In this document: positions 61,370 to 64,000 of the stretch, piece by piece
Layout: every line of letters begins with the position of its first letter
Numbering within the stretch: position 1 is the stretch's first letter
Origin: Dimorphilus gyrociliatus
Taxonomy: Eukaryota > Animalia > Annelida
Assembly: GCA_904063045.1 (NCBI GenBank)
Contig: CAJFCJ010000007.1
Coordinates: 2,115,404 to 2,179,403 of the forward strand
Reading direction: 5' to 3'
Length of the DNA stretch: 64,000 nucleotides
Translations under genes and position numbers: made by a program
Notes under the pieces: generated by a model
Database searches by the model: none
What the model saw: only the letters and a program-made list of their open reading frames with translations
Told to the model about the DNA's origin: nothing

Positions 61370-62515
61370 ATGATTGGAAGACTGTTTTTACGACGCTTTT
61401 TCCCATTTGCTACACGACTCTCTATCAAATATCCAGGCAATTGTTTATCAAACTCGAGAAGACTAATTTCTCATAAAAGTCCCTCGAGTAATAAAGACAT
61501 AATAGCTGTTTCGCTTGTCTCTCTTTTATCATTTTTCAAACTAAAAAGTGAGGAGAAGGAAGATCCCATTGTTATGACTTTAAAGAGGGGAAGACTTGCA
61601 GAAATGAGAGACGATTACGAAACAGCAAATAGCTATTACCACAGTGCTTTACGCCAAATACTGCAAGATCAAAAATCTGGGGATAGAACGGATAAACAGA
61701 TAGCTGAAGCTCGACTTACTACATTTTGCTTTATGGTGGCCAATTTAGACATTGTTTAAGTTAAAATAATTAGTTTATTCCTTTTTTTTAAAAAAAAAAT
61801 CTTACACAAAATTCTCTTACTAAAAAAACAATCTTTGTTGGCCAACATGGAATTTTCAAAAGGACACTTTGGAGAGGCTGAGAAACTTTACAAGCAGTCG
61901 TTATTGCTGCACAAATATCTGGGTCGTGAAACCGACGATCTAGCTTTTATCGAGATATCACTTAAACTTTCAATGATTTATGCATCAACTGGACGAAAGC
62001 CAGAAGCTGAAAGTGGGTACGAATACTGTCTAAACTGTTTAACAAAACGTCGAGACTCGGATGATGGGCTAGATGAAGACGGACAGGCTCTTTTGGGATT
62101 AACATTAGACTCTTATGCCAGATATTATATGGAACTGTCAAGATATGATAAAGCTGTGTCTTTTATTAAGGATAGTCTTAAAATTGCTAGACAAGTGTTT
62201 GGGGATAGCCACGAGCAAGTTGCATCTTTATATAACGATTTAGCAGCCATAGAATGTGAATTAAGAAATTTTGATGAAGCCAAGAGTAATTGTCTAAAAG
62301 CCATAGAAATAAGCGAAAATCTAATTGATAAAAAGTATGAAACAACTTTATATAAGTTAAATCTTGCAGAAGTTCTTTGGCAGGTAGGTGAACTGCCAGA
62401 GGCTTTATTGTATTTGAAGCAAGTAATTAGCACTTCTAAAGCATATGATTACTCCGATCTGTTTGAAAAGGCTGTTAAATTGTACAAAGAACTGAATAAG
62501 AAGTTAAAAATTTAG
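61370..62515 (+). CDS. TTC19: mitochondrial TPR protein TTC19 (complex III quality control), ~349 aa; splice junction unresolved
   Basis: Presequence MIGRLFLRRFF, DPIVMTLKRGRL, LANMEFSKGHFGEAEKLYK, FIEISLKLSMIYA..AESGYEYC. The two halves share one frame split by TAA 61757-61759. Putative intron 61736-61831 lacks an AG acceptor. Confidence 0.85.
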
Positions 62516-63532
62516 AGTTTAGAAAAGACAGGCTTCTCCTTTGACATTACTGCTGTAGCTGCCTCAACAACATCATGGCTTTGTAACATTGCACTGTTCA
62601 TTGTTGCCTGTTTGATAATATAGTTTTAAATTGATTTAGAATAAACTACTTAAAGTATTGTTTCTTACAATATGATTTAGTCCGTCTTGAACTGAATGAT
62701 CTCTTGAGTAATTCATGCTCAATTTACTTGTTTGGACTGCAATAGGACTTAGTTCAGATATTTGTGTGGCCATTTCCAAAGCTCCTTTCATCATGGCTTC
62801 TTTAGTCGGGAAAACTTTATTAACGAGGCCGGCCTGGAGTGCTTCATCCGAATGCATTTGTCGACCAGAATAAACTAATTCTCTCACCAAGCTGTTGTTT
62901 CCAATGACTTTGGGTAGTCTCTGTAAAGTTCCTATATCGGCTGCTAAACCGACTTTAACCTCCTTAATCTCAAAGAATGCATCTTGTGTGCAATAGCGTA
63001 TATCGCATGCAGTAACCATGTCTACTCCACCGCCTATGCAACCATTATGAATTGCGGCAATTACAGGCTTGCGACATTTTTCAATAACATTAAAACTCTC
63101 TTGCAATTTAGGAATGACCTTTGTGAGCATGAAGCTCTTTCTTCCAACATCTTCAATATCAGCTCCGTCTTGTCCAAGCGCCATGAGAGTTTGTAAATCT
63201 ATACCGCCTGAGAACATCTTACCAGCTCCACTCAAAACGATGACCCGACAATCGGGATCGAAAGACAAAGTGTTGAAACAGTCGATCATTTCACTAGAGA
63301 TAATAAACAGAAATTTAGTACTTATAAAAAGATTTTAGTTTTTAGCTCACTTAAAAAAATCCATGTTCATAGCGTTCCTTTTTTCCGGTCTATTAACTTC
63401 AACATGTTTAACAAATTCACTATGTTGGGTAACATTCAAAGCCTTATAGTTTGCCATTGTTGACATTTTATTTGAAAGGAGAGTTGATGACAGAATTCTT
63501 GGACTGAAAGCGGAGATAACGTGCTTGAACAT
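62512..63532 (-). CDS. ECH1: delta(3,5)-delta(2,4)-dienoyl-CoA isomerase (crotonase family), 300 aa
   Basis: Exons 63532-63351, 63293-62669 and 62607-62512. NRPEKRNAMN, GKMFSGGIDL, KPVIAAIHNGCIGGGVDMVTACDIRYC, EVKVGLAADIGTLQRLPK. N-terminal presequence and C-terminal SKL (PTS1). Confidence 0.95.
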
Positions 63533-64000
63533 TCGAATTGTTTATAGACTTCGTACAGTGCAAAAACTAGGATCCCAATAGATCTATATAAAAGAGTGAG
63601 CGAAATTAGGGAATTTTAAATTAATATATTAGTTGAGGAAAATAAAAGAAATATTCTTAATTACAAACCTAATTACTTTGAACAAGAGAGAAAAACACAC
63701 CTTTTTATTAAAGTTGTATTTATAATTTACACTAAAGACCCTGGTGTGTATCATTAGTGAGAGAAATCGGTAATTGCTATATAAATCTTTTAAATAGTCT
63801 TTCAACCGAAAGCCTCTTTTAGCAATAAGCCATACAAGAGAAATATTCATTTATATTTATATTAATAACATGAAAACTTTAATAATCTATCAGTAATTTG
63901 ATATATAGAATTATGAAATTAATTTATGTAATCCTATTTCTCTTACTTATTAAAGAATAATCAGAGATATATATATATCTAAAGTCAGTTTCTGTAAGGT

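Noticed and set aside
61723-61829. U12-type AT-AC explanation for the TTC19 junction
   Set aside because: No ATATCCTT donor, and the AT/AC phases do not restore the frame.

Overview
AT-rich, gene-dense animal genomic DNA with mostly ~50-70 nt GT-AG introns. It looks like a compacted invertebrate genome; a Dimorphilus-type annelid is my guess only. There are no prokaryotic features, CRISPR arrays, tRNA/rRNA genes or recognisable transposase/RT ORFs. Gene models were built by hand from splice signals and frame continuity. In order: calmodulin-like gene with N-terminal extension (+), unknown mitochondrial-type gene with a PINK1-like N-terminus but no kinase (+), INO80B (-), TOE1 (+), unknown tail-anchored protein (+), LTN1/listerin (-) with a candidate nested antisense membrane-protein gene in its one large intron, unknown 305-aa gene (+), two tail-to-tail kainate-type glutamate receptors (14 exons +, 5 exons -), NDUFAF3 (-), hexa-EF-hand calbindin/Cbp53E-like gene (-), intronless divergent alpha-tubulin with a natural E254D change (+), intronless basic protein (-), PPIL3 (-), eLOTUS-Tudor TDRD5-like gene (-), TTC19 (+) and ECH1 (-). 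Identities rest on recalled family motifs, not on database searches.
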